DNA of 64,000 bases. Origin: an uncultured delta proteobacterium (GTDB lineage: Bacteria; Desulfobacterota; Binatia; UBA9968). How positions within the stretch are numbered: the stretch's first letter is position 1; each line of letters begins with the position of its first letter. The position numbers and the translations under genes were made by a program. This document shows positions 10,598-20,506 of this stretch, piece after piece. The stretch spans positions 928,001-992,000 of the forward strand of contig CAVUVW010000013.1 in the NCBI GenBank assembly GCA_963745035.1, in the 5' to 3' direction. Below the pieces are notes generated by a model, which saw nothing but the letters and a program-made list of their open reading frames with translations, was not told the origin of the DNA and searched no databases.

Positions 10598-11377
10598 TCA
10601 CAAGATGCGCAGGAACTCGACCAGGTCGCGCAAGTCACCTTCCGTGAGCTTCTCCGTCGTTCCCGCTTTTTGCTGATACTCCCACATGTAACGCACGGCC
10701 TGCTCGAGTGTCGCGAAACGGCCGTCGTGAAAATAAGGCGCGGTTAACGAGACGACACGCAGCGAGGGAACCTTGAATTTGCCGCCGGAAAAAATGTCTT
10801 CAACGTCCTTCTTTTCAAAGGTCGGAGGGAGGTGGCATGCCTGGCAACCCGCCCGCATAAACACCTGGTAGCCGCGCTTGGCCGCCGCGGGTGCGCCGGC
10901 GGACGGAGTTCCGTCGGCGTTCAGATTGGAATTTGCCGGATAGCCGAGCGACCTGACGTACGCCTCGAGGGCGTCTAGCGCGCCGGGCGAAGGCTCCGGT
11001 CCCTTCATCCGGTTGACGATGATGCCGCGCATGTTCGCCTGCAGGCTCGGCGCGGTGCCCGCCCATGAGAAGGCCTGGCGCGTGCCGACGCCCCAAAGAG
11101 TCGGCGTGCTGCGCCCTTTCGGGTCGCCATCCGCCACGACGTCCACCCCGACATAAGTCTTGTTGTTGGTGTGACCGTGGCTCGGGTGACAAGACGCGCA
11201 CGACCACTTGCCGTCGCCGGAGAGCTTCACATCGCTAAACAGCGCCCGCCCTTGCGCGATGAGCGGCGTTTCGGCCGCCTGCATCGGCGTCAACTCACGC
11301 CGCGTAGCACAGCCGGCCGCCAACAAGACGCAGCCGACCAACGCGAGCGGCACGAGCCGGTCCAATCGTATACGCAT
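10598..11377 (-). CDS. Compact di-heme cytochrome c peroxidase/MauG-like lipoprotein
   Basis: LAAGC lipobox; CASCH and CQACH; FKVPSLR...TAPYFHDG. Confidence 0.85.
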   Translation of the reverse strand: MRIRLDRLVPLALVGCVLLAAGCATRRELTPMQAAETPLIAQGRALFSDVKLSGDGKWSCASCHPSHGHTNNKTYVGVDVVADGDPKGRSTPTLWGVGTRQAFSWAGTAPSLQANMRGIIVNRMKGPEPSPGALDALEAYVRSLGYPANSNLNADGTPSAGAPAAAKRGYQVFMRAGCQACHLPPTFEKKDVEDIFSGGKFKVPSLRVVSLTAPYFHDGRFATLEQAVRYMWEYQQKAGTTEKLTEGDLRDLVEFLRIL

Positions 11378-11421
11378 AAGCTTTCCTGTTGCCGTGTCCG
11401 GCTCGCCTTCTACTCACCTGA

Positions 11422-12507
11422 TCAGTTGGCCTTTCGTGCAGCGGGTGCCAAGTTTTTACTATCGAATCGAAAATACGCCTTACTGTTGTGGTAGGCGATC
11501 TTCTCCTTGGTGATCCGTGACAGATCAGGATGATTCCACAGGTACTTGAGGTTCTTGGGAAACTCTCCGTCCCAATGGGGAATGTCGGAGGCGTAGAGAA
11601 AATGTTCGTCGCCCACATATTCGATGGTCTGAGGCAGGAGTCGCTCCTCGGCCTCGAGACTGAAGTAGACCGGAGACTCGCGCACGACCTCGCTGGGTTT
11701 TTTCTTTAAATGAGGCGCCTCGAACTCGCCGCGGAGCTCCCAGTGCTCGTCCATGCGGTCGAGCCAGTAAGGGAGCCAGCTCGCACCGATCTCGAGAAAG
11801 GCCAGACGGAGCTTAGGAAAGCGCACCGGCACGCCCTGGAAAATGATGCTCGTGAAGTGGAGAAAGATGCCGACCGGAAACGTGTAACAGTGCACCTCGG
11901 CAAAAGTTCTGAAGGCGCCGGCTCCGACCTCCGCCGAAGAGCTGCGGTTACCGTGGACGGAGAGCGGCACGTCGAGCCGCTGCGCCTCTTCGTAAAGCGG
12001 GTCGTACATCGGATCGCCGAGCGCGGTGGGCAATCCCATCGAAAGGAGCTCGAAGCTCACCAGGCCTAACTCCGTGACTGCCCGGCGCAGCTCCTTGGCC
12101 GCTTCCTGGGGCCACTTGAGCGGCAGCACGCCGACGCAGTGAATGCGGTCGGAGAGCGCGTTGTATTCCTTGGCGAAGTGATCGTTGGCGGCGCGGCAAG
12201 CGGCGAGGCAGAACTCAGGCTCGCGCAGCTTCGGGATGTTGCCCGAGCCGGTTGGGAAGAGCACGGCCTGTTCGATATTGTGCTCGTCCATGATCTTGAG
12301 CCAGGTCTCGACCTGCTCAGCCGGACTCATGTTGCGCCCGTAGCCGGGATAGCCCAGCGTCTCAAAGAGATCCGTGTCGAAGGGCTGATCGGAAGGCCAT
12401 AGGCCGGTGTTGCGCCGGTTCCACGGCGGCTCGAGATATTTACGGATATCACTCTGCCGTTCCAGCACATGTCCATCGGCATCGATTACCGGCGGCCAGT
12501 CAGCCAT
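11422..12507 (-). CDS. Amidohydrolase_2 family protein
   Basis: IDADGH, FLE.G..W, SDIPHWD; start MADW after GGAGG. Confidence 0.9.
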   Translation of the reverse strand: MADWPPVIDADGHVLERQSDIRKYLEPPWNRRNTGLWPSDQPFDTDLFETLGYPGYGRNMSPAEQVETWLKIMDEHNIEQAVLFPTGSGNIPKLREPEFCLAACRAANDHFAKEYNALSDRIHCVGVLPLKWPQEAAKELRRAVTELGLVSFELLSMGLPTALGDPMYDPLYEEAQRLDVPLSVHGNRSSSAEVGAGAFRTFAEVHCYTFPVGIFLHFTSIIFQGVPVRFPKLRLAFLEIGASWLPYWLDRMDEHWELRGEFEAPHLKKKPSEVVRESPVYFSLEAEERLLPQTIEYVGDEHFLYASDIPHWDGEFPKNLKYLWNHPDLSRITKEKIAYHNSKAYFRFDSKNLAPAARKAN

Positions 12508-12772
12508 GATTCGCCTCCTTGAATTTTTTTTGAACTCACGGCGCCGGATCGTATCACCGCTCCGGGAAGTGTCAACCGTTTTGCCTACGCCGAAATGAAC
12601 GACACAGCCGATGTCCGCTTCCCGGATGCTAGCGACAAATGTCCTTGACGAACGCCGAGTCTCGGCAATATGTTCGAGCTCTGGGTTGCAGAAGAGTTTG
12701 CGCGACTTGCGCTGAAGCGCCGGCGCAACAACAGCGCGGCATCCGGAAACGTCGCAGGATAGGGAGCGAGCC

Positions 12773-13795
12773 ATGACAAATTACACAATCATCGACGCCG
12801 ACGGGCATGTGCGGGAATCGATTGCCGGGCTGCGGGAATTTATCGAGCCGCGCTGGCAGCGGCGGAATCTATTTCCCAACGACGCCTGGGACCGCGATCT
12901 GCGCGGCAAGCTCGGCGCCAAACCGGAAGGGCCCGAGGATCAGATCGCGGCGATGGATGAGGACGGCATCGACGTCATGGTGCTCTATCCCACCGCCGGC
13001 CTGCATGTCAGCAGCTTGCACGAGCGCGACTTCGCCACTGCGGTGACGAGAGCCTACAACGACTGGCTCTATCATTTTTGCAAAACCAATCCGGCGCGCT
13101 TGAAATTCGTCGCCTTGTTGGCGCCGCAAGATCCTCAGGCGGCGGCCGAGGAGCTCGTCCGCGCGGTGCGCGAGCGCGGCGCGGTGGCGGGCGTGTTGCC
13201 GACGTACGTCCCGCAGATGCCCGACTTCGGCGATAGTCTTTACGATCCGATCTACGCTGCCGCCGAAAAACTCGGCGTGGGGCTCGGTTTTCATACCGGC
13301 ACTTCCGCCGACTCGCTCGGCGGGCAGCGCTTCCGCAAATTTCTCTCGGCGCACACCATCGACCATCCGGCGGAGCAGATGATGGCGATGATCGCGACGA
13401 TCGTCGGCGGGGTCTTCGAGCGTTTCCCCAAATTGAGCATCGCCTATCTCGAATCCGGCATCGGCTGGGTGCCCTACATGATGGATCGGCTCGACGAGGA
13501 AGTGGAAAAGCGCGGCGCCGATGAAGCGCCCTATCTCAAAATGCTGCCCAGCGAATATATCAAGAGCGGGCGGATCTACTTCGGCATCGAGTGCGGCGAA
13601 AAAACCGTACCCGACGCGGTGCGTTGGGGCCTTGATCATACCGTGCTTTATTCGTCCGACTACCCGCACTGGGACGGCGACTGGCCGCACACGATCAAAA
13701 CCGTGCGCGAGCGCAAAGATCTGTCGGACGACACCAAGCGAAAAATGCTGCACGACAACGTGTCGCGCTTCTATAAACTCTCGGAAGCAGCCTGA
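12773..13795 (+). CDS. Amidohydrolase_2 family protein
   Basis: IDADGH, GGVFERFP, SDYPHWD motifs. Confidence 0.9.
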   Translation: MTNYTIIDADGHVRESIAGLREFIEPRWQRRNLFPNDAWDRDLRGKLGAKPEGPEDQIAAMDEDGIDVMVLYPTAGLHVSSLHERDFATAVTRAYNDWLYHFCKTNPARLKFVALLAPQDPQAAAEELVRAVRERGAVAGVLPTYVPQMPDFGDSLYDPIYAAAEKLGVGLGFHTGTSADSLGGQRFRKFLSAHTIDHPAEQMMAMIATIVGGVFERFPKLSIAYLESGIGWVPYMMDRLDEEVEKRGADEAPYLKMLPSEYIKSGRIYFGIECGEKTVPDAVRWGLDHTVLYSSDYPHWDGDWPHTIKTVRERKDLSDDTKRKMLHDNVSRFYKLSEAA

Positions 13796-13835
13796 TTACG
13801 GTCTGGCTCTGCTTGCAAGTGGACACAACCACAAT

Positions 13836-14786
13836 TTAAGCTGGGCAACCCAGGATCCAGCCCTCCTCGCGACGGATCGTGTGATCTTCCGCTGATCCGC
13901 TCGCGATTCCCGTAGGAATCGCGAATTCGTTAATGAGTAAATTCTTTGCGTCGAGGTCACGTGCCCAGTGCCACATCGCGCGCACCTGGCCGCGGTCCTT
14001 GATCGTGTCGGTGAGAGGCGCGCGGACGCTCGGATAGATTTCCGCGTGTACGATTTGCACCTTCGGATCGAGCCATCTTCCGGTCGGCGGCACCCATCCG
14101 GTCTCGAAAGGCCAAACGGCGGAGCGTCTGGCGAACTGGGGATCGAATCGGATTCCTTCGAGTCGTGGAATGCCGGTGAGCACCTGGCTGCCGACGCTGC
14201 CGGTACCGAAGAGACGAAACGGAGTATCGCTTTTCGCTCTCCTGTCGGTGATCCGAAGCGACGCGACGGATCCGGCTGCGCAGACGAACGGCTGCGGCGG
14301 CCTTTTCTGCGGCACGCAAGAATGGCCGCCGGCCTTGAAGAGACACCAGAACGGACCGTGCAATTCAGAGCTCGATACCGCGGCGTTGATGGCGCTCGCG
14401 ACCTCGAAACGATTGCTGCGATTGTTCGGTCGTTGGCCCGGGCTTGTGCCGATGTCATCGCCAATATGCTTGCGCAGGTATTGCCAAACGATGCGCCAGG
14501 GCGGCAGCTTGTTGGAAACCGGCTTCGGCAGCAGCGATGCAAAGCCGGCGGGGTATCCGTATCCGAAGTCGGCGCAGAGCAGCACGCGCTTCTTGTCCGC
14601 CCTAACTATGGCCTGAAGCTGCGCACGGATGATCTCCTCCGCTTCGCTCCGCGACGGCGGGCTCACCGTCGTCGGCGTGTGGGCTGCGGCGGACCCATGC
14701 GCGATCCAGATGCAGTCCTGCTTTCCCGCACGACGCCGATCGCCGCCGGACCAGTCGATCATGATATAGCCGTCGAACAGCGGCAT
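13836..14786 (-). CDS. Hypothetical protein, RNase H-like/DUF429-related
   Basis: IDWSG, ADF.YGYP, GSVGSQ, VWPFETG, EIYPS and terminal EEGWILG motifs. Confidence 0.7.
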   Translation of the reverse strand: MPLFDGYIMIDWSGGDRRRAGKQDCIWIAHGSAAAHTPTTVSPPSRSEAEEIIRAQLQAIVRADKKRVLLCADFGYGYPAGFASLLPKPVSNKLPPWRIVWQYLRKHIGDDIGTSPGQRPNNRSNRFEVASAINAAVSSSELHGPFWCLFKAGGHSCVPQKRPPQPFVCAAGSVASLRITDRRAKSDTPFRLFGTGSVGSQVLTGIPRLEGIRFDPQFARRSAVWPFETGWVPPTGRWLDPKVQIVHAEIYPSVRAPLTDTIKDRGQVRAMWHWARDLDAKNLLINEFAIPTGIASGSAEDHTIRREEGWILGCPA

Positions 14787-14988
14787 CCTTCATTCACCGA
14801 TCTGCCTACTGGCCACAAATGAGTCGACTCTAAGCTGGTCGAACGGCACACGCAGCAGCAGGAGCGTTCGAGGCGGGCTCACGGGAATCACCCACCAATA
14901 CCCGGGTATTGCAGCAAAACCTCCATTCTTAGGCGACAAAATCGGATTTTCCTTGTGTTAAAACTTCAGACGGACTACCTTGTTTACC

Positions 14989-15183
14989 ATGGCTAGAATA
15001 ACCGTCGAAGACTGTTTGGATAAGGTGTCCAGTCGCTTTGAGCTCGTCCTGCTTGCGGCTAAACGGGCGCGACAACTCCAGAAAGGCGCCAAGCCGCTGA
15101 TAACTTGCGAGAACCGCGATATTGTTATTGCGCTTCGCGAGATCGCCGCTGCAAAAGTGCGGTGGGCTGCCCCAAAAATCTAA
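14989..15183 (+). CDS. rpoZ: RNA polymerase omega subunit
   Basis: [10 protein letters not shown]...[16 protein letters not shown]...ALREIA. Confidence 0.93.
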   Translation: MARITVEDCLDKVSSRFELVLLAAKRARQLQKGAKPLITCENRDIVIALREIAAAKVRWAAPKI

Positions 15184-15424
15184 CCATACCTTAAGCACGC
15201 GCGGAGTGAGCCACACGATGCTCCACATCGTGATCGTAGGGTAGCGTGTTCGCCATCCCGCGGGAAGCGAGCATACTTTCTGCCAGGCCGGAAGTCGCTC
15301 AACCCCGAAACACCGCGCTGCCAACTAAAATGTAAGCCCCCTTCGAAGCTGCAAAAGCAAGAGCCTAGCGCCAAAACTCGCTTCCTTGTAGACGCAAGAG
15401 TTGATCTGATAACTTTGTGGCTCA

Positions 15425-15453
15425 TTGACATTGTGGCTGTTAAGCCGTAGGTT
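15425..15453 (+). promoter_or_regulatory. Sigma70-like promoter for the RRM gene
   Basis: TTGACA-17 nt-TAGGTT. Confidence 0.6.
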
Positions 15454-15625
15454 GAGATTCCTACTTCAGTATACGGCCTTCTGAATGAGGATGACCCAAC
15501 GTTGAAGGCCTACAATCCGTCTCTTTTCCTTGCGAACGATCTCTAATGGATATTGGCAGGATATGTTCTGCCACCGCAGTCGACTTCCCAGGGTCGAAGA
15601 GAAACATTCATGATAGGAGGACCAC

Positions 15626-15934
15626 ATGGGCACTAAATTGTATGTCGGCGGCCTGCCTTATTCGGTGACCGGAGACCGGCTGCAGGAAATCTTTTCAGCA
15701 CACGGCTCTGTCGAATCCGCGAACGTGATCTCGGATAAGTTCAGCGGACAATCGCGCGGCTTCGGCTTCGTCGAGATGAGCTCGAGCAGCGAAGCACAAA
15801 AGGCGATCGAGTCGTTGAACGGCACTCAGCTCGACGGACGCACGCTGACGGTCAATGAAGCCAAGCCGATGGCCCGGCGCGATAACGACGACGGTGGCCG
15901 CGGCAACCGCCAAGGCGGCCGGAACCGCTGGTAA
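15626..15934 (+). CDS. RRM RNA-binding protein (Rbp-type)
   Basis: RNP2 LYVGGL, RNP1 RGFGFVEM, Gly/Arg-rich tail; GGAGG RBS. Confidence 0.95.
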   Translation: MGTKLYVGGLPYSVTGDRLQEIFSAHGSVESANVISDKFSGQSRGFGFVEMSSSSEAQKAIESLNGTQLDGRTLTVNEAKPMARRDNDDGGRGNRQGGRNRW

Positions 15935-16164
15935 ATTTTTCTTCGCCTAACCAATCACCTCGGGCAACAGGTGGGGTTGCCCGTTTCCCGCGAATCTTTG
16001 CCGGCTCGATGCCCGCGATCCGGCAGTAGGATTATTTCGGCGCGCGTGGTTCGCTCTTTTGCAAGCGTGCCGGAACAAATTCTTCCATTACTTACTTTCT
16101 CATGGCGCCAAGTACATCCGGCAACTTGGCGCCCTTTATTGGGCCGCAAATCCTAGGAGGTTTC

Positions 16165-16530
16165 ATGACCGAGCAAGAAGCGGTTAAACAGAGCGCGGAT
16201 TTATTAAGAAGGATCATTCGCAGCGTGGATAAAAAGATCGAGTATCATTTGCTCGACCCGACCCAAGAGGGCCGGTTCTCTCTCCGCCTATCGGTACGAG
16301 GAAAGGCTGGAGTTGTCTCGCTGCTGTCCAATGACCTGCGGTCCGCGCTGGTCGACGATGTGCGCAAGAATCAGATCCGGCAAAAAATCAAAAGCGTGCG
16401 CGACCACATGTTGTCGAACTACGTGGTCGATGTGACGGGAAAGAAAATGGCAAGAATGCTAAAGCAGGCCACAGTTCACGGCGATGGCCCAACGTTCTTT
16501 ACTTTTAGGCGGTCGCCGAGAAGAAGATAA
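16165..16530 (+). CDS. Hypothetical basic protein
   Basis: AGGAGG RBS before ATG 16165; open frame. Confidence 0.7.
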   Translation: MTEQEAVKQSADLLRRIIRSVDKKIEYHLLDPTQEGRFSLRLSVRGKAGVVSLLSNDLRSALVDDVRKNQIRQKIKSVRDHMLSNYVVDVTGKKMARMLKQATVHGDGPTFFTFRRSPRRR

Positions 16531-16740
16531 CGTTTGCTTGAGCCAAAATGGAAAAATAACTCGTGATCTGGCCCGCGAATAGCACGCTGTGCAACTCCCC
16601 TTGGCCTGCTTAAATCGAATATGAATGGTGCGTTTTCAGCGGGCGAGAATACGAGATTTCGGGGCGTTGCCTGAACGGATCGTTTAACCGGTTATGCTCT
16701 CGGTCACACAACCAATCGAAAGACGGGAAGGAAGGTTCAC

Positions 16741-17295
16741 TTGAACTTAAATGTCGGCCAGAAAATCTACTATGTGGGCCGCGGCCCTTGTTTCGTCGAA
16801 GGCCTCATTCGTAAGTCTGTTTGTGGAGCGTCGGCACTGTTTTACAATCTCACCCTATTGGACGATAGCAAAACCGAGTTTCTCGTCCCGGCTAGTAGCT
16901 GCTCCGACTTGCCGCTTCGCGCATTGCTCGACCGCGAGCAAGTTCCACGACTGCTGAGCCGCCTGCGAGCACGAGTGGGGCCGCCCCAGGCCTTGGCACC
17001 CTGGCCCAAACGTCAATCCGTTAGATCGAAGTTATTCAGCTCCGGATCCCCTTTCGATCTAGCCGATGTGATCGAATCGTTGACCCGCTCAAGCAGTGTC
17101 AGGAAACTGGCGATGGATGAGTGGGAAACCTTGCGGCGCGCCCGGAAGCTGCTGATCTATGAGATAGCGGAAGTAATGAACGAAACGACGAGCGCCGCGG
17201 AAGCCCGGCTAGACCACGTGGCGAATCCCAACAAAAAAGCGATGAAAAACCTGGAAAACGGTATTCGTTTCAACCAAGGACGGAAATCAAACTAG
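16741..17295 (+). CDS. CarD/CdnL family transcription factor (divergent)
   Basis: VGQKIYY..G, LR.L, W..R, SGSPFDLADV, L..AR.LL..EIA. Confidence 0.85.
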   Translation: MNLNVGQKIYYVGRGPCFVEGLIRKSVCGASALFYNLTLLDDSKTEFLVPASSCSDLPLRALLDREQVPRLLSRLRARVGPPQALAPWPKRQSVRSKLFSSGSPFDLADVIESLTRSSSVRKLAMDEWETLRRARKLLIYEIAEVMNETTSAAEARLDHVANPNKKAMKNLENGIRFNQGRKSN

Positions 17296-17308
17296 CGACG
17301 TCGACTCA

Positions 17309-18280
17309 CTATGGTTTTGCTTGCCAGCCAGCCGATCTGAGCTCGCTATAAATCTTTTTGACGATGCTGTAGTCGAAGAGTCTGTCCTTGTCAGGCGGAT
17401 TGCTCATTTTGGTCAACTCCGCGCGGGTGGCAATTTCGTCTCGCAACACATCCTCCGATACCGATCCCTCCGCGGTCATACTCGCCACCGTGGCGTCGTA
17501 GTCGAGCTCGATGCCCTCGCGCGGCGACTTGTCGTACTTGGCGATGATCGCAAGGGTCTGCTCCTTGTAGCGGCGCGCGTATTCCCTGCCCCTGATCGCG
17601 CCGGCGAGGAATCGTTCGACCAAACCGCGGTTCTCTGAGAGCAACCGATTCGAGGTCACCGCCCCCGACCAGATGAGCTGGACTTCCTTGCCGATATCGG
17701 CGAGCACCGGTCCCTTTGACTGGCCGACTTGCAACACATCTCGCGGCAATAGCGGCGTTGCGTCGATCGCGGCGGTCTTGAAAGCGGCGAAACGAGTTTC
17801 GTTCCGGCCCATGGCGATGAACAGGACCGAGGTTGAGGGAATATTATGCTTCTTGAGGAGCAGTAATGTTGCCAGATGCTGGGTGTCGCCGAAGGTATTG
17901 ATCGCGATCTTCTTGCCGATAAGATCTTTCAGCGTCTGGATCTCGGGCTTGGTTGAGATGAATTTGTAGCTCGGCCTCGACAAATTGGTGTACACGATTT
18001 TCAGCGGCCCGCCGCGCAGGCCCGCGCTGAGCGCCGATCCGGCCGACGTGCTCAAATGCAGCTCGCCGGACATCAACGCCGGAGTCGCTACCCCGCCGCC
18101 CGCGCGAATGTATTCGACATTGAGATTTTGCTCGCGGAAATACCCTTTCTCGATAGCGACGAAATGGTCCATGTAAGCCGCGCTCGGCGTGACCAGAGAC
18201 ACGGTGATGTTTTCTGCAGCGGCCAAACTGCAACGGAGTAGAACGACAACCATCACGTAGAGCCCGCAGCGTTTCTTCAT
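17309..18280 (-). CDS. NitT/TauT ABC substrate-binding protein
   Basis: Signal peptide; EKGYFRE, DLIGKKIA motifs. Confidence 0.88.
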   Translation of the reverse strand: MKKRCGLYVMVVVLLRCSLAAAENITVSLVTPSAAYMDHFVAIEKGYFREQNLNVEYIRAGGGVATPALMSGELHLSTSAGSALSAGLRGGPLKIVYTNLSRPSYKFISTKPEIQTLKDLIGKKIAINTFGDTQHLATLLLLKKHNIPSTSVLFIAMGRNETRFAAFKTAAIDATPLLPRDVLQVGQSKGPVLADIGKEVQLIWSGAVTSNRLLSENRGLVERFLAGAIRGREYARRYKEQTLAIIAKYDKSPREGIELDYDATVASMTAEGSVSEDVLRDEIATRAELTKMSNPPDKDRLFDYSIVKKIYSELRSAGWQAKP

Positions 18281-18428
18281 GCCGACCTCCAGGTCGTCGA
18301 GATTGTCCTCATTAGCAGCTCGTACTTGCCGCGCGGGTTACTGTCAAGCCACGGAAAACATGGGATGCGGTTCCGGCGCTGATCCGATTGACACCGAGAT
18401 GGGGTTTCTATAAGAGACGAATCATCCT

Positions 18429-19238
18429 ATGCGACTTCAAGACAAAATCATTTTCATCACCAGCGCTGAGCATCCGTGTGCGAGTGCGCTCGCCGGCGGA
18501 TTCGCCCGCGAGGGCGCGCATTGCGTCGTGCTGGACAGCGAAATGGCGCGAGCGGAACGGCTCGCAGCCGAAGTACGATCGCTCGGCAGGCGCGCGCTTG
18601 CCCTGCAATGCGACGTTACAAAAAAATCCCAGGTGGAGGAAGCTGTCCGGCGCGCGGTTGCGGAATTCAGGCGCATCGACGTGCTACTCAACTGCTCGGC
18701 GCTAAATCTCGAGAGCGATTTCTTGAGCCTGACCGAGAATACCTTCAACCAGTGCATCGATCGCGGGCCGAAGGCTTACTTTCTGGCTTGCCAGGCCGTC
18801 GGTCGGCAGATGGCCGAGCAACGCTCGGGCAAGATCATTAACCTTTCAACAACCGATGCGCGCATCGGATCGGGCGAATCGACGGCCAACAGCGCGGCCT
18901 ATGCGAGCATCGACTCGATGACCCGCGGCATCGCGCAAGCGCTCGCTTTCTACGGCGTCAACGTGAACTCGCTCGTTGCCGGACCGATGGAATATCTTTC
19001 GCTGACCGCCGAAGAGGCGGGCGAGCGGTTGCGGCGCATGCCTCTCGGCCGGCTCGGCAAGCCGGCGGACCTCGTCGGCGCGGCGATTTTCTTGGCGACA
19101 AACGATTCAAACTTTATCGCCGGCGAGAGTCTCGTCGTCGACTCCGGCTATGCGAACGCCGCGGTGACCGAAGACGGCTTTCGTCCCGCATGGGGCAAGA
19201 CCTGGGGTAGATTCGAAGTTCCGCCGCCCGGCAAATAA
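18429..19238 (+). CDS. SDR-fold protein, atypical (no TGxxxGxG, no YxxxK)
   Basis: RIDVLLN, SGKIINLS, PLGRLG.P.DL..AA.FL. Confidence 0.85.
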   Translation: MRLQDKIIFITSAEHPCASALAGGFAREGAHCVVLDSEMARAERLAAEVRSLGRRALALQCDVTKKSQVEEAVRRAVAEFRRIDVLLNCSALNLESDFLSLTENTFNQCIDRGPKAYFLACQAVGRQMAEQRSGKIINLSTTDARIGSGESTANSAAYASIDSMTRGIAQALAFYGVNVNSLVAGPMEYLSLTAEEAGERLRRMPLGRLGKPADLVGAAIFLATNDSNFIAGESLVVDSGYANAAVTEDGFRPAWGKTWGRFEVPPPGK

Positions 19239-19264
19239 TTCAAGTACCTTTTGGAGGGCATTCG

Positions 19265-20506
19265 ATGGGAACTAAATTCAAGGAAGTGAACACACTTTCG
19301 TTCATCGGCAACATCGGTCCTAAAACGGAACGGGTCTGGAAAGAAGTCGACGAAGAAGTCGACATCGTCGGCTGCAAGGAAAAGTTCGACCGCCCCTGTC
19401 AACTGATCGCGCCGCTGGACTTGCTCAAAAAGGATCTTCCGGGCGACGGGGACACCAGACAGATTCCCATCTTCGTCAATGACGACGTGCGCATGGAGTT
19501 GATGTATTGTCGCTCCGGCAAGGGCGCGGACGGCCGCCGCCCGGCTGGATTTTGCGAAACGCAGATTCAGGTCGAGAACGGGCGCGTGACGAAAACCAGC
19601 GAAGGCGACTTCGAGCTCGCCATGGGCGATGTTCTGGTCGTGCCGCCGAACATCACTCACGAGAACACCGGCGACGGCCCGACCACCCGGCTCATCGTTT
19701 ATACGCGCAGCGCGGTGCAGATCGCGCAGACGTACCCCGTTCAGGAAAGCGTTGTGTCGAACAAGCAATGCACCCTGCTCAAGCCCACGACCGTGCTCGA
19801 CAAGGTCGAAGAAGGCGGCTCGGGCGGCAAACACTTCGAGCTCGTCGAAAACGCCGACATCATGATCGAGACCACGCATCGCTCGGACGCGCAACGGATT
19901 TATCACCGCGGCTTCAACCAGGACGAAGTGGCATTTCAGCTCTCGGGTCGCCGCGCGACCCGCACCAGCCAAGGCGAATATATGCTCGAGACCGGCGATT
20001 TCTTGCTGATCCCGCCGGGAACCTCGCACCGCAACGTCGGCGACATGGCGACGATACGCATCATCCTTTATACGAGAAACCCCGTGCGCTTGGCCGACGA
20101 GTACGTGGAGCGCGCTAAACGAGCGGGCCAACGCGCCGCGTATCGGGATGCAGTGAGAGTTTTACCGCCGAGTCCGTCCATGGAAACAGTGACGTCAAGA
20201 ATTCTAAATCCCCCTCTATTCGCGCTTTTTCAAAGGGGGACGTTTCCGGGCCCGCCTTTGAGAAAGCATGTCCTGAGTCTGTCGAAGAAAGCGGAAGGGG
20301 ACATTTTGCAGACCAATTTAAACGCGAGCAAAACGTTTGCTGATCGCGCGTACGATGATAATCACTGCTGTCTCTTTCTGCGCTTGCGAGCGAGGCGCCC
20401 GCCGCTACTCCCGAAAGCATACGCGTTTCCTATGCCACTCTCAGCGCAGCGTACATGGATCACATCTGCGCGATGGACAAAGGCTATCTGCGCGAAGAAG
20501 GTCTAA
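19265..20506 (+). CDS. Tandem cupin, homogentisate dioxygenase-like; the C-terminal ~115 aa probably read through a repeat
   Basis: Two cupin repeats (GDVLVVPP..H; HRG..QDE...GDFLLIPPG.SH); homology appears to end near 20130. Confidence 0.75.
   Translation: MGTKFKEVNTLSFIGNIGPKTERVWKEVDEEVDIVGCKEKFDRPCQLIAPLDLLKKDLPGDGDTRQIPIFVNDDVRMELMYCRSGKGADGRRPAGFCETQIQVENGRVTKTSEGDFELAMGDVLVVPPNITHENTGDGPTTRLIVYTRSAVQIAQTYPVQESVVSNKQCTLLKPTTVLDKVEEGGSGGKHFELVENADIMIETTHRSDAQRIYHRGFNQDEVAFQLSGRRATRTSQGEYMLETGDFLLIPPGTSHRNVGDMATIRIILYTRNPVRLADEYVERAKRAGQRAAYRDAVRVLPPSPSMETVTSRILNPPLFALFQRGTFPGPPLRKHVLSLSKKAEGDILQTNLNASKTFADRAYDDNHCCLFLRLRARRPPLLPKAYAFPMPLSAQRTWITSARWTKAICAKKV
20205..20307. repeat. CCCCC..TTT/AAAGGGGG REP-like element with nested GCATGTCCTGAG..GTCGAAG module
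   Basis: aaatccccctc...ttttcaaaggggg...cctttgagaaa[gcatgtcctgagtctgtcgaag]. Confidence 0.55.

Noticed and set aside
15971-16156. 61-aa ORF between the RRM gene and the hypothetical gene
   Set aside because: No RBS or recognisable motif; probably intergenic.
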